From Algoriphagus jejuensis (GTDB lineage: Bacteria > Bacteroidota > Bacteroidia > Cytophagales > Cyclobacteriaceae): a DNA stretch of 24,000 nucleotides. This document shows, piece after piece, positions 8,007 to 16,203 of the stretch. The notes below the pieces were generated by a model. That model searched no databases and was not told the DNA's origin. It saw only the letters and a program-made list of their open reading frames with translations. The translations under genes were made by a program, and so were the position numbers. Within the stretch, counting starts at the first letter, position 1. Each line of letters opens with the position of its first letter. Location: the NCBI RefSeq assembly GCF_039523455.1, contig NZ_BAAAFI010000040.1, positions 1-24,000 on the forward strand, given 5' to 3'.

Positions 8007-9080
8007 TTAGTGCCTGGAGGATTCGATTTGAGAATTGACTTTGGAAAGTGCCGACAAAAACGCTTCGTTTTCTCCCCTCGTCCCGACGGTGATCCGTAGG
8101 CAGTCCTCGCAAAGCAGGACTTTGGCGCGGTTTCGCACGATCACTTTTTCTTCGATCAGGTCGTCATAGACTTGCGTGGCGTTAGGCATTTTCACCAAAA
8201 GGAAGTTCGCATGGGAAGGATGGATCTTTTGCACGAAAGGCAACTTTTCCAATTCCGCCTGCAGGAAATCCCGCTCGTCGAGGATCTCCCGGATCATGCG
8301 ATCCACCTTTTCCTTATCCGTGATTGCCGCCAAGACGGTGTCTTGGGTAAGCCCCGAGATGTTGTAGGGCGGCTTGATCTTGTTGAGGATGCGTATGATT
8401 TCCTCACTGGCAAAAGCCATCCCGAGACGCAAAGAGGCTAGGCCCCAAGCTTTGGAGAAGGTTTGCATCACGAGCAGGTTGGGATAATTGTCCAGCTCGG
8501 TCGTGAAGCTTGGCTCGTCGCTGAAGTCAATGTAGGCCTCGTCGACCACGACCAGACCTTTGAAGTTCTTCAGCAGGAATAGCACATCCTCACGCTTGGC
8601 CTTGTTGGCCGAAGGGTTGTTGGGCGAGCAGATGAAGAGGATCTTGGACTTGGCGTCGGCCGCTGCCAGGATCTTTTCGGGCTGAAGCTGGAAGTCCTCC
8701 GTCAGGGCGACTTTGCGGATCTCCACGTCGTTGATATTGGCGCTGACCTCGTACATCCCGTAAGTGGGAGGCAGGAGGATCACGTTGTCTTTGCCCGGAT
8801 TGCAAAAGGCTCTATAAAGCAGATCGATTGCTTCGTCGGAGCCATTTCCCAAGAAGATCTGGGTCGGACGTACGGCCTTGATCTTGGCGATCTCAGCCTT
8901 CAAAGCGCTCTGGTAGGGGTCTGGATAGCGGTTGAAATCCTGCTCGGTGATCGAGCCAAATGGGTTTTCATTGGCGTCTAAGAACACACCTTCCTTGCCG
9001 GTGTATTCGTCCCGAGCTGAAGTATAGGGTTGAAGTTTTGCGATGTGTGGCCGCAAAAGTGAATTCAGGTCGAAGCTCAT
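8007..9080 (-). CDS. hisC: Histidinol-phosphate aminotransferase
   Basis: LDANENPFG, RYPDPYQSALK, IFLGNGSDEAIDLLYRAF, FICSPNNPS, VVVDEAYIDF, QTFSKAWGLASLRLGMAFA, LRITVGTRGENEAFL. Confidence 0.96.
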   Translation of the reverse strand: MSFDLNSLLRPHIAKLQPYTSARDEYTGKEGVFLDANENPFGSITEQDFNRYPDPYQSALKAEIAKIKAVRPTQIFLGNGSDEAIDLLYRAFCNPGKDNVILLPPTYGMYEVSANINDVEIRKVALTEDFQLQPEKILAAADAKSKILFICSPNNPSANKAKREDVLFLLKNFKGLVVVDEAYIDFSDEPSFTTELDNYPNLLVMQTFSKAWGLASLRLGMAFASEEIIRILNKIKPPYNISGLTQDTVLAAITDKEKVDRMIREILDERDFLQAELEKLPFVQKIHPSHANFLLVKMPNATQVYDDLIEEKVIVRNRAKVLLCEDCLRITVGTRGENEAFLSALSKVNSQIESSRH

Positions 9081-10372
9081 TTCTTTTTGCCTTTCAGGTA
9101 GTTAAGACGGATAGTGACGGCGTTCTTGTGCGCGTGAAGCAACTCATTTTCGGCCATCACCTCCACGATCGGACCCAAGGTTTTCAAACCTTCCGGACTG
9201 ATCTTTTGATAGGTGATCTTTTTGACAAAAGAATCCAGGGACACGCCACTGTAGTTGCGGGCGTAGCCATAGGTCGGCAGGGTATGGTTGGTGCCACTGG
9301 CATAATCTCCTGCGGATTCCGGAGTATAATTTCCGATGAAAACCGAACCTGCATTGACGATCTTGTCGACGACCTCGTCTTCATTTTCCACGGCGATGAT
9401 CAGGTGCTCGGGAGCGTATTGGTTGATCAGCGAGATCGCTTTTTCCTGATCTTCCATCACCACGGCAGTGGAATTGGAAAGCGCCTTGTAAGCGATGTCC
9501 TTTCGCGGTAGCGTCTCCAGCTGTTCATTGATTTCTTTCAAGACCTTCTTGGCAAATTTCTCCGAAGGAGTCACCAAGACGACCTGGGAGTCGATGCCAT
9601 GCTCAGCCTGCGAAAGCAAATCCGCCGCGACAAATGCGGGAACCGCGGACTCATCGGCATACACCAAGACTTCCGAGGGCCCGGCAGGCATGTCGATCGC
9701 TACGCCGTACTTGGTCACCAACTGCTTCGCTGCGGTGACGTATTGGTTGCCCGGGCCAAAGATCTTGTCGACTTGGGGCACGCTTTCCGTACCGAAGGTC
9801 AACGCGGCAATAGCCTGCGCTCCTCCCACTTTTACAATCTTGCTGATGCCAATCAGATCGGCGGTAAAGAGGATCGCGGGATGGATTTTTCCCTCACGGT
9901 TTGGGGGCGTGCAGAGGACGATTTCTTGGCAACCGGCCAGCTGCGCGGGGATACCCAGCATCAGCACCGTGCTAAAAAGCGGAGCGGTACCTCCCGGAAT
10001 GTACAGGCCGACGCGCTGGATGGGGACACTTTTTCTCCGGCAAACCACTCCCGGCATGACTTCTTCGACCAAGTCCGGAGTGGCTTGGGCAGCGTGGAAG
10101 CGCTCCACATTTGATTTGGCCACGGCAATGGCGGCTTTCAGCTCCTTGCTTACCAGTTCTTTGGCGGCAGTGATTTCCTGTTCGGTCACCAGCAGGGTGT
10201 CGAGTTGCACATGATCGTATTCCTGGGCAAATTTCTTAAGTGCCTTGTCACCGCTTTTCTCCACCTTTTTCAGGATAGGCTTGACGATCTTGTTGATCTG
10301 CTTGGTTTTATGGACTGGACGGGCCAGGTTTTTTTTACACTTTTCGGGCGATGGGTTGACCAAGAGTTGCAT
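9077..10372 (-). CDS. hisD: Histidinol dehydrogenase
   Basis: VQRVGLYIPGGTAPLFSTVLM, GGAQAIAALTFGT, KIFGPGNQYVTAAKQ, DMPAGPSEVLVYAD, AEHGIDSQV, YAPEHL, GSVFIGNYTPESAGDYASGTNHTLPT. ORF track begins at 10462, but the first 30 residues are non-homologous; Met at 10372 (MQLLVNPSPEK) is the likely start. Confidence 0.95.
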   Translation of the reverse strand: MQLLVNPSPEKCKKNLARPVHKTKQINKIVKPILKKVEKSGDKALKKFAQEYDHVQLDTLLVTEQEITAAKELVSKELKAAIAVAKSNVERFHAAQATPDLVEEVMPGVVCRRKSVPIQRVGLYIPGGTAPLFSTVLMLGIPAQLAGCQEIVLCTPPNREGKIHPAILFTADLIGISKIVKVGGAQAIAALTFGTESVPQVDKIFGPGNQYVTAAKQLVTKYGVAIDMPAGPSEVLVYADESAVPAFVAADLLSQAEHGIDSQVVLVTPSEKFAKKVLKEINEQLETLPRKDIAYKALSNSTAVVMEDQEKAISLINQYAPEHLIIAVENEDEVVDKIVNAGSVFIGNYTPESAGDYASGTNHTLPTYGYARNYSGVSLDSFVKKITYQKISPEGLKTLGPIVEVMAENELLHAHKNAVTIRLNYLKGKKK

Positions 10373-10418
10373 AGGATGTTGAAAATTAAGATTGTCCGAA
10401 GGCGATTTTGGTGGAACG

Positions 10419-10453
10419 ACAGAAGACAGAAGGCAGAAGACCGAAGACGGAAG
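10419..10453. repeat. Heptamer tandem array, 5 units
   Basis: ACAGAAG ACAGAAG GCAGAAG ACCGAAG ACGGAAG. Confidence 0.85.
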
Positions 10454-10483
10454 TGCCACCAAATTTTGGCCTTGACGATTTGC

Positions 10484-10511
10484 TGCTGACTGTCGACCGT
10501 TGACTGTTGAC
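10484..10511. repeat. Heptamer tandem array, 4 units
   Basis: TGCTGAC TGTCGAC CGTTGAC TGTTGAC. Confidence 0.8.
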
Positions 10512-10516
10512 TAAGA

Positions 10517-11377
10517 TTAAATAACCATTTTTTCGATTGGAACCACCAAGATGCCCTCTGCACCGGCGGCGCGGAGTTCTTCGATGTTTTCCCAAAACTG
10601 ATCTTCACTCAGCACGGAGTGGATGGAAGACCAGCCCTCTTGCGCCAAGGGTAGGATGGTAGGGCTTCTCATGCCGGGGATGAGCTCGATGATGCGCTGT
10701 ATCGAATCGTTGGGTGCATTCATCAGCACGTACTTGTTGCTTTTGCCTGTTTGGACGGCGTTGATTCTAAAGAGCAACTTGTCCAGGATGACCTTCTTCC
10801 AATCTGCCAGATTTTTGTTGCCGATCAAAACTGCCTCGGATTTGAAGACTTCTTCGACTTCTTTGAGGCCGTTCATCATGAGGGTAGAGCCTGAGCTGAC
10901 GATGTCAAAGATGCCTTCGGCCAATCCGATGCTGGGAGCAATCTCTACCGAACCGCTGATTTCGTGGATTTCGGCGTTGATCTTTTGGGTCTTCAAGTAG
11001 TCGCCGAGAATTTTCGGATAGGAAGTGGCGATGTTTTTTCCTTCGAAATACCCGATGCCGGAGTAGTCCTGACCTTTCGGAACGGCGAGGGAAAGACGGC
11101 ATTTGGAGAAGCCAAGCTTCTTGAGTGTATCGACGTCTTTGTCTTTTTCGACGAGTTCGTTTTGGCCGACGATGCCCAGATCAGCGACGCCGTCAGCGAC
11201 ATAGCCGGGGATATCGTCGTCGCGGAGGAACAGAAACTCAGCAGGAAAATTGGTCGAGGTGGACTTGAGTTTGCCCGTACCGTTGTAAAATTTGATGCCG
11301 CACTCTTTGATTAGGCTGAGTGAGTCATCGGATAGTCTGCCGCTTTTCTGCACGGCAATGCGGATGATTTGTTCCAT
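10517..11377 (-). CDS. hisG: ATP phosphoribosyltransferase
   Basis: IRIAVQKSGRLSDDSLSLIKECGIKF, DGVADLGIVGQNEL, ATSYPKILGDYL, GSVEIAPSIGLAEGIFDIVSSGSTLMMNGLKEVE, C-terminal regulatory domain. Confidence 0.95.
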   Translation of the reverse strand: MEQIIRIAVQKSGRLSDDSLSLIKECGIKFYNGTGKLKSTSTNFPAEFLFLRDDDIPGYVADGVADLGIVGQNELVEKDKDVDTLKKLGFSKCRLSLAVPKGQDYSGIGYFEGKNIATSYPKILGDYLKTQKINAEIHEISGSVEIAPSIGLAEGIFDIVSSGSTLMMNGLKEVEEVFKSEAVLIGNKNLADWKKVILDKLLFRINAVQTGKSNKYVLMNAPNDSIQRIIELIPGMRSPTILPLAQEGWSSIHSVLSEDQFWENIEELRAAGAEGILVVPIEKMVI

Positions 11378-11479
11378 GGGGACAAGTTACGCTTGGAAAG
11401 TTTTGGTTTCAGTAAAATTTTGGTGGATGGCCGAATCCCTGTCATCAGCATCACCGGATGGGGTATGTAAAAGTCTTCC

Positions 11480-11509
11480 TCAGGAGGAATGATGGAAGTG
11501 ATGCAGCAT
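11480..11509 (-). CDS. Candidate his operon leader peptide MLHHFHHSS
   Basis: Minus strand ATG CTG CAT CAC TTC CAT CAT TCC TCC TGA, 4 His of 9 codons, between a consensus promoter and hisG. Confidence 0.7.
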   Translation of the reverse strand: MLHHFHHSS

Positions 11510-11572
11510 GTAGGCGTGCTGTGCATTTGCTAAAAATCCAATATTTCTATTGTTGTTTTCCATTCAGGTTGG

Positions 11573-11603
11573 CAAAGATAACCGGGCGATGAAAGAATGC
11601 AAA
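11573..11603 (-). promoter_or_regulatory. Bacteroidota-type promoter for the his operon
   Basis: Minus strand TTTG (11600-11603) - N19 - TATCTTTG (11573-11580), matching the TTTG / TAnnTTTG consensus. Confidence 0.7.
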
Positions 11604-11725
11604 TTTTGAGGTGAAATTGTTGGAAGCGGGATGCTGGGTGTCGGATAGAATGAAGTTAGAACTCTGTTTTTAAGCTGTGTTAGAGAGATGGTCACTAAGA
11701 TGTGAGAAATTGTTATTTTAAGAGG

Positions 11726-12037
11726 ATGCAAACTGTGCTGTCAATCGATCAAGTGCCTATTCGTGTGCCAGATGAAAGATGGGAGCATGTGGCATTGGGA
11801 CATCCAGAAATGCTTAATTATAAGAAGGAAGTGTTAGAGACCTTGCAGCTGCCAGATTTTGTGTTTGAAGGAAATAGTAAAGAAAAAATTGCTGTAAGAG
11901 ATTATTTAAGCAACTTCGGGAAGCTCATTGTTGTTGTTTACCGAGAATCAACTCGAGACGAGGGGTTTCTAATTACCTCGTTTTTGATATCAAAATTGGA
12001 TCGGCTAAAAAATAAAAAACTGCTATGGAGACGATAG
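11726..12037 (+). CDS. Small protein resembling BECR/PBECR-type RNase-fold toxins (candidate toxin)
   Basis: RWEHVALGHPEM...YKKEVLETLQLPDFVFEGN...IAVRDY...KLIVVVYRE...DEGFLITSFLISK resembles the W-x-H-(I/V)...(R/G)HPE...V..TL..PD.(I/V)...KYLVVVYRE...GFIITAF pattern. ORF track starts at a GTG at 11702; ATG at 11726 is likelier. Confidence 0.6.
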   Translation: MQTVLSIDQVPIRVPDERWEHVALGHPEMLNYKKEVLETLQLPDFVFEGNSKEKIAVRDYLSNFGKLIVVVYRESTRDEGFLITSFLISKLDRLKNKKLLWRR

Positions 12038-12249
12038 ACTATAAGGACATCAAGGCGGTTTTGCCCTATTTTCTAAAGCATAAATTTCTGTGGACTAGCT
12101 ATGACGAGCAGTCGGACGTGCTATACGTCCACTTCAAAGAAAATGCGATTTCCGATGACTCTGAAATGACGAAGGATGATCTTATCATAAGATATGAAGG
12201 TGGTGAAGTAGTGGGGATCACCCTTTTGAATGCCAGCAAACGAATGTGA
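12025..12249 (+). CDS. DUF2283 family small protein (candidate antitoxin)
   Basis: SYDEQSDVLYVHFKEN...SEMTKDDLIIRYEGGEVVGITLLNASKR matches the DUF2283 pattern; overlaps the upstream gene by 13 nt. Confidence 0.8.
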   Translation: METIDYKDIKAVLPYFLKHKFLWTSYDEQSDVLYVHFKENAISDDSEMTKDDLIIRYEGGEVVGITLLNASKRM

Positions 12250-12266
12250 TTCGTTTTTAGCTGTTT

Positions 12267-14552
12267 CTAGTCCTCCAACTGCAGCTGATAATGCCTTATC
12301 GGCTTTTCTCCCATAAGGTGCTCGATGAAATAGTCCCAGCGCTTTTTGGTGAAGTAATCTCCCGGAGGGCGGCCAAAGCTGTGGTTGCGGCTCGGCCATA
12401 TAAAGAGGTCAAAGTCCTTTCCGGCTTTGATGAGATTTTCGGCCAGCTTGAAGGTAGCCGAAGGGTTCACGTTTTCGTCTATTCCACCATGAGCCAGGAG
12501 CAAATGTCCTTTTAGATTGGCGGCATTGGTGATGTTGGATTGCTCGTGGTAGTAGTCGCCGATGGGGTAACCCATGTACATCTCCGGCCACCAGGCTTTT
12601 TCCATCCGGAAATCATGGTCTCCAGCTGAGGCCACGCCGACTTTGTAGAAGTCGGGGTGCAAAAGCATGGCCCGTCCTGCATCGTATCCTCCGGCAGAGT
12701 GTCCGAAGATCCCAACCCGGTTGATGTCCAGGAATTTCACCTTTTCCGCCAGCTGTGTGATCGCCAAGACATGGTCTGTGGTGCCGTCACCGAGATTGTT
12801 GTAGGACACGTCGGAGAAGGCCTTGGATCTGCCAGCTCCCCCAAGTCCGTCCACCGTCACCACGACAAACCCGATCTCTGCGGTTGCCTGCTGATGGCCA
12901 AGGATCGCCGATTTAAATGTTTTTGGCGCAGTGGAGGTATGCGGGCCAGTATAGGTGTAGTCGATGACAGGGTATTTCTTTTTCGTATCAAAAGTAGTGG
13001 GGAGAAAATATACGCCGTGGATCTCTGTCTTGCCGTCTTTGGCAGTTGCGGTAAAGGGAACTGGCAGTTTGTAGCCGCGTCTCGACAGGTTGCTGATGTC
13101 AGCCTTGGATATTTGGTGGATTCGTTCGCCGCTTTTCAGGTCGATCAGGACGGATTGGGTAGGCTGGTTGGCGGCGGAGAAGTTGTCCACGGCAAATTTC
13201 CCGTCAGGTGAAATGTAAACTTCGTGGAAGGCATTTTCGGGAGTCAGCAACTGTAGGTCAGAGCCGTCGAGATTGACGCGGTAGAGGTGGTTGAAATAAG
13301 GGTTTTCGCCTGCTTCTTTGCCGGAAGCCTCGAAGTAGAGCAGGCCGTTTTCTTCGTCCAAATAACTCAGTCTATTGACCACAAACTCGCCCGTAGTGAT
13401 GGGGTGGAGTTCCGCACCCGTGACCCAGTCGTGAAGGTAAAGTTGGTTCCAGCCGGATTTTTCGGAGCTGATGATGAACGTTCCATCTTCCAATCTTCGG
13501 AAGGCATGCTCCCGGTTGATGTGGGTGGGGGCGGACTCGGAGTATATCTGGCGTATGTCAAACGTTTCGGTATTCATCTCAAGGAGCAGGAACTCCTTGA
13601 AACCTCTTGGGAAATGAAAGCCATTGAGTTTTTTGCTATCCTCCGACCAGCGGAGGCTGATACCGATGAAATGGGGAGAGGCGAGTGCTGGCAGCTTTTG
13701 CTCTGTTTTTTTCTCCAGATCAAAAACCACCGGAATATACATGACCACGGTACTGTCTCCAGGAGACCCACGATAGTAGGAGAGCAGTTCGGGGCGGAAT
13801 TTTTCATCCTTGCTGAAGTCCAGCAGGTACATCTTTTCCGCTAGGCGCAGATCCACGATCTGGGTATAGATCTTTTTGGAGTCGGGCGACCAGTTGACGG
13901 TAAAGTGGGGAGGCCTTTCGCCATTTTCACCGCTCATGAGATCGCTCCATCCGTAGTAGGAGGCGTATTCGAAGCCCTTTTTTCCATCAAAACTCACCTG
14001 AGTCTCCTCTCCGGTGGACAGGTTTTTCACGTAGAGGTTATAGTTTTTGGAGTAGGCCATCCATTTTTTGTCGGGAGAAAAGGATTCCATCTCGTTCCGA
14101 TCCGACATCGGGAGTGACTCCAGCGAATCATTTTTGGTATTCCATACCCAGTTGTGGCTTCTCCACACAAAAGTGACTTTGGAGCCGTTGCTCAGGGATA
14201 CGCGCTCGATGGGGAGCTCGCGGGGGTCTATCTTTTCACCGCTTTTGTCCTCGAGGAGTTTGGCAAGTTTTGAGTGGTCAAAGGCGGGGATCGTCGTCAA
14301 TGCCTCCGTGTCGGTCTTGAAGAAGCGCTTCCCCTCAGCGGTGTAGGTCGAGTGGACAAATGCCCGGCTTTCCTGAGTCCAGGAAGGGATTACTTCGAGA
14401 TGATAGACTTCCTTTTGGATGGAATTGAGCAGGAAATACTCTGCGCGGTGATACGTGTCTTCGGTGATTTGGGCGCTCAGCCTCTGGGGCGAGATGCTGG
14501 CAAGTGCAAGGAAGAGGGCTGGAAAAATCGCGGAATATTTGGAGCTGTTCAT
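12267..14552 (-). CDS. S9 family peptidase with DPP-IV-like N-terminal propeller, secreted
   Basis: Signal peptide MNSSKYSAIFPALFLALASISPQRLSAQ; DRNEMESFSPDKKWMAYSKNYNLYV; catalytic GHSAGGYDAG, HGGIDENVNP, NHSFG. Met at 14552 preferred over the 14744 ORF start. Confidence 0.92.
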   Translation of the reverse strand: MNSSKYSAIFPALFLALASISPQRLSAQITEDTYHRAEYFLLNSIQKEVYHLEVIPSWTQESRAFVHSTYTAEGKRFFKTDTEALTTIPAFDHSKLAKLLEDKSGEKIDPRELPIERVSLSNGSKVTFVWRSHNWVWNTKNDSLESLPMSDRNEMESFSPDKKWMAYSKNYNLYVKNLSTGEETQVSFDGKKGFEYASYYGWSDLMSGENGERPPHFTVNWSPDSKKIYTQIVDLRLAEKMYLLDFSKDEKFRPELLSYYRGSPGDSTVVMYIPVVFDLEKKTEQKLPALASPHFIGISLRWSEDSKKLNGFHFPRGFKEFLLLEMNTETFDIRQIYSESAPTHINREHAFRRLEDGTFIISSEKSGWNQLYLHDWVTGAELHPITTGEFVVNRLSYLDEENGLLYFEASGKEAGENPYFNHLYRVNLDGSDLQLLTPENAFHEVYISPDGKFAVDNFSAANQPTQSVLIDLKSGERIHQISKADISNLSRRGYKLPVPFTATAKDGKTEIHGVYFLPTTFDTKKKYPVIDYTYTGPHTSTAPKTFKSAILGHQQATAEIGFVVVTVDGLGGAGRSKAFSDVSYNNLGDGTTDHVLAITQLAEKVKFLDINRVGIFGHSAGGYDAGRAMLLHPDFYKVGVASAGDHDFRMEKAWWPEMYMGYPIGDYYHEQSNITNAANLKGHLLLAHGGIDENVNPSATFKLAENLIKAGKDFDLFIWPSRNHSFGRPPGDYFTKKRWDYFIEHLMGEKPIRHYQLQLED

Positions 14553-14592
14553 GAAACAAGGTTTAGGGCATATTTGAAGATAGCCAAAAAGA

Positions 14593-14632
14593 AAAAAGGG
14601 CAGCCCTGAATTTGTACAGGACGGCCCTTTTT
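14593..14632 (-). terminator. Intrinsic terminator downstream of the DUF4287 gene
   Basis: AAAAAGGGC ... GCCCTTTTT with inner CCTG/CAGG pairing. Confidence 0.75.
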
Positions 14633-14653
14633 CATGTAGGAGGAAAATAGATA

Positions 14654-15208
14654 TTATCCTGCGGCATCGTAGGCTCTCTGGAGCCAGTCGATCAATTCGG
14701 GGGTTATTTGCTCCTCGTGGTTGACGACTACTTTGTGGCTGCACATGGCGTTTGACTTGCTTTCCAATTCCAAGATTCCCTCGGCTGGATGGCCTTTGAG
14801 ATTGATGCCGACCTCGTATCGGGTCTTGGTAGCGGGCACCAGCATAGCAAACTGTTTCTTGCGCTTGACGCTCACATAAGTGTTCTTAGGTACAAACTCA
14901 ACGTCTTTCCCCAGGCTCGCAATTTCGGTTCTAATTTTTTCATAAATAGGCCAAAACGACTCTTTGCCCACATACTGCTTTTTCACCAACTCATCCTGAT
15001 CATCGGCAGAACCCGCATCGGATTTGAGCGCCTTATGCGCCACCAGATTTGCAAACCCGTGTGTGAAGCCGTGATTTTCCTTTAGGAACTTCAGGATTTC
15101 TCCGTGTTTTTGGAGCTTCTCGGCGTTGACGATTTTGATCCACTCGTCCAGGGATTTCCCTGTGTTTTTGTGGAGATTGTCGATCATGGTTTGGGTGGCT
15201 GCATCCAT
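14654..15208 (-). CDS. DUF4287 / DUF5655 domain protein
   Basis: MIDNLHKNTGKSLDEWIKIV...HGFTHGFANLVAHKAL then FWPIYEKIRTEIASLGKDVEFVPKNTYVSVKRKKQFAMLVPATKTRYEVGINLKG. Confidence 0.88.
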   Translation of the reverse strand: MDAATQTMIDNLHKNTGKSLDEWIKIVNAEKLQKHGEILKFLKENHGFTHGFANLVAHKALKSDAGSADDQDELVKKQYVGKESFWPIYEKIRTEIASLGKDVEFVPKNTYVSVKRKKQFAMLVPATKTRYEVGINLKGHPAEGILELESKSNAMCSHKVVVNHEEQITPELIDWLQRAYDAAG

Positions 15209-15331
15209 AGGATTCTGGGTTTTGGTGAAGTCTTGATGTATGGAGAGTGCTGATGACGCTGCTTACTTGGTCTGCAAAACTGACCGAACATGGAGCAGCG
15301 CCAGTCGATACCTACAACTCGTTTTGTGAAT

Positions 15332-16126
15332 TTACAAAATCGACTTGACCAATCCGCCCTCTACCCGAATTGAAGCGCCATTGGTGGCAGAGGCGAGTGG
15401 GCTGGAGTAATACACGACGGTATCAGCTACTTCCTCCACCTCGGCAAATCGCTGAATCAGTGAGGTAGGACGCATGTCTTTGAAAAACTCCCGCTCCACT
15501 TCAGCGGTGCTTTTCTTTTCCACAACAGCCAGCTCTTCGATATATTGACTTACTCCCTTGGATTTGGTTGGGCCCGGTAGGATGGAATTGACGGTCACGG
15601 CTGTGCCTTTTGTCATCTCGGCCAAACCTCGGCTTACGGCAATCTGGGCGGTTTTAGTCATGCCGTAGTGGATCATTTCTTCGGGTATGAATACGCCTGA
15701 TTCGCTGGAGACGAAGATAACTCGGCCCCAGTTTTTCGCCAGCATCTTTGGGAAATAGTGGCGGGCGAGTCGGATGCCGCTTAGCACATTGATCTCAAAG
15801 AAGCGGAGCCAGTCTTCGTCGGGAATATCGGCAAAGGTTTTGGGCTCAAAGATCCCCGTATTGTTGATTAGGATGTCGACTTCGGGCACTTGGGAAAGAA
15901 GCTTGTTGACCTCATCGGCTTTGGCAAGATCAGCAGCTACGCCGGCGATGTCGGCATTGGGATAGCTAGCTTTCAGCTCAGCGATAGCCTGGTCGACGCT
16001 TCCCTGACTCCGGCCGTTGATGACGACGCTGGCACCTTCGGCCAAAAAACGTGAAGCGATCGCATATCCGATTCCTGCGGTAGAACCGCTGATTAGGGCT
16101 TTCTTGCCCTTGAGTTTTAAATCCAT
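15332..16126 (-). CDS. SDR family NAD(P)-dependent oxidoreductase
   Basis: GKKALISGSTAGIGYAIA, DILINNTGIF, VIFVSSESGVFIPEEMIHYGMTKTA (YxxxK), VNSILPGPTKS. Confidence 0.93.
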   Translation of the reverse strand: MDLKLKGKKALISGSTAGIGYAIASRFLAEGASVVINGRSQGSVDQAIAELKASYPNADIAGVAADLAKADEVNKLLSQVPEVDILINNTGIFEPKTFADIPDEDWLRFFEINVLSGIRLARHYFPKMLAKNWGRVIFVSSESGVFIPEEMIHYGMTKTAQIAVSRGLAEMTKGTAVTVNSILPGPTKSKGVSQYIEELAVVEKKSTAEVEREFFKDMRPTSLIQRFAEVEEVADTVVYYSSPLASATNGASIRVEGGLVKSIL

Positions 16127-16203
16127 GTGGTAGTAAATTGGTTTGAAAAGATCCTATGTCCCGAAAAGTCGGGAAAAGGGAAAACGGCAGGGCGGAAATA
16201 AAA

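Noticed and set aside
9495-10214. Long plus-strand ORF (239 aa) antisense to hisD
   Set aside because: Ser/Ala-rich low-information product exactly opposite a highly conserved hisD; a typical shadow ORF.
858-10511. Possibility that the short repeats form a CRISPR array
   Set aside because: Units are 7 nt and directly tandem with no spacers; no 25-40 nt direct repeats and no cas genes seen.
11311-11526. 71-aa minus-strand ORF upstream of and overlapping hisG (MHSTPTCCITSIIPPEEDF...)
   Set aside because: The frame has no conserved look and runs into hisG out of frame; the short His-rich ORF in another frame is the better leader candidate.
12657-13844. Plus-strand ORFs of 184 and 185 aa antisense to the S9 peptidase
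   Set aside because: Shadow ORFs of a clearly coding minus-strand gene.
12267-14552. GHSAGG nucleophile elbow instead of GWSYGG in the S9 peptidase as a novelty
   Set aside because: Nucleophile-elbow variation of this kind is common in S9 relatives and the Ser, Asp and His triad all appear present.
16160-16173. CCCGA-AAAG-TCGGG hairpin downstream of the META gene
   Set aside because: Only a 5-bp stem with no T tract; not distinguishable from chance, and the 16204-16239 hairpin is a better terminator candidate.
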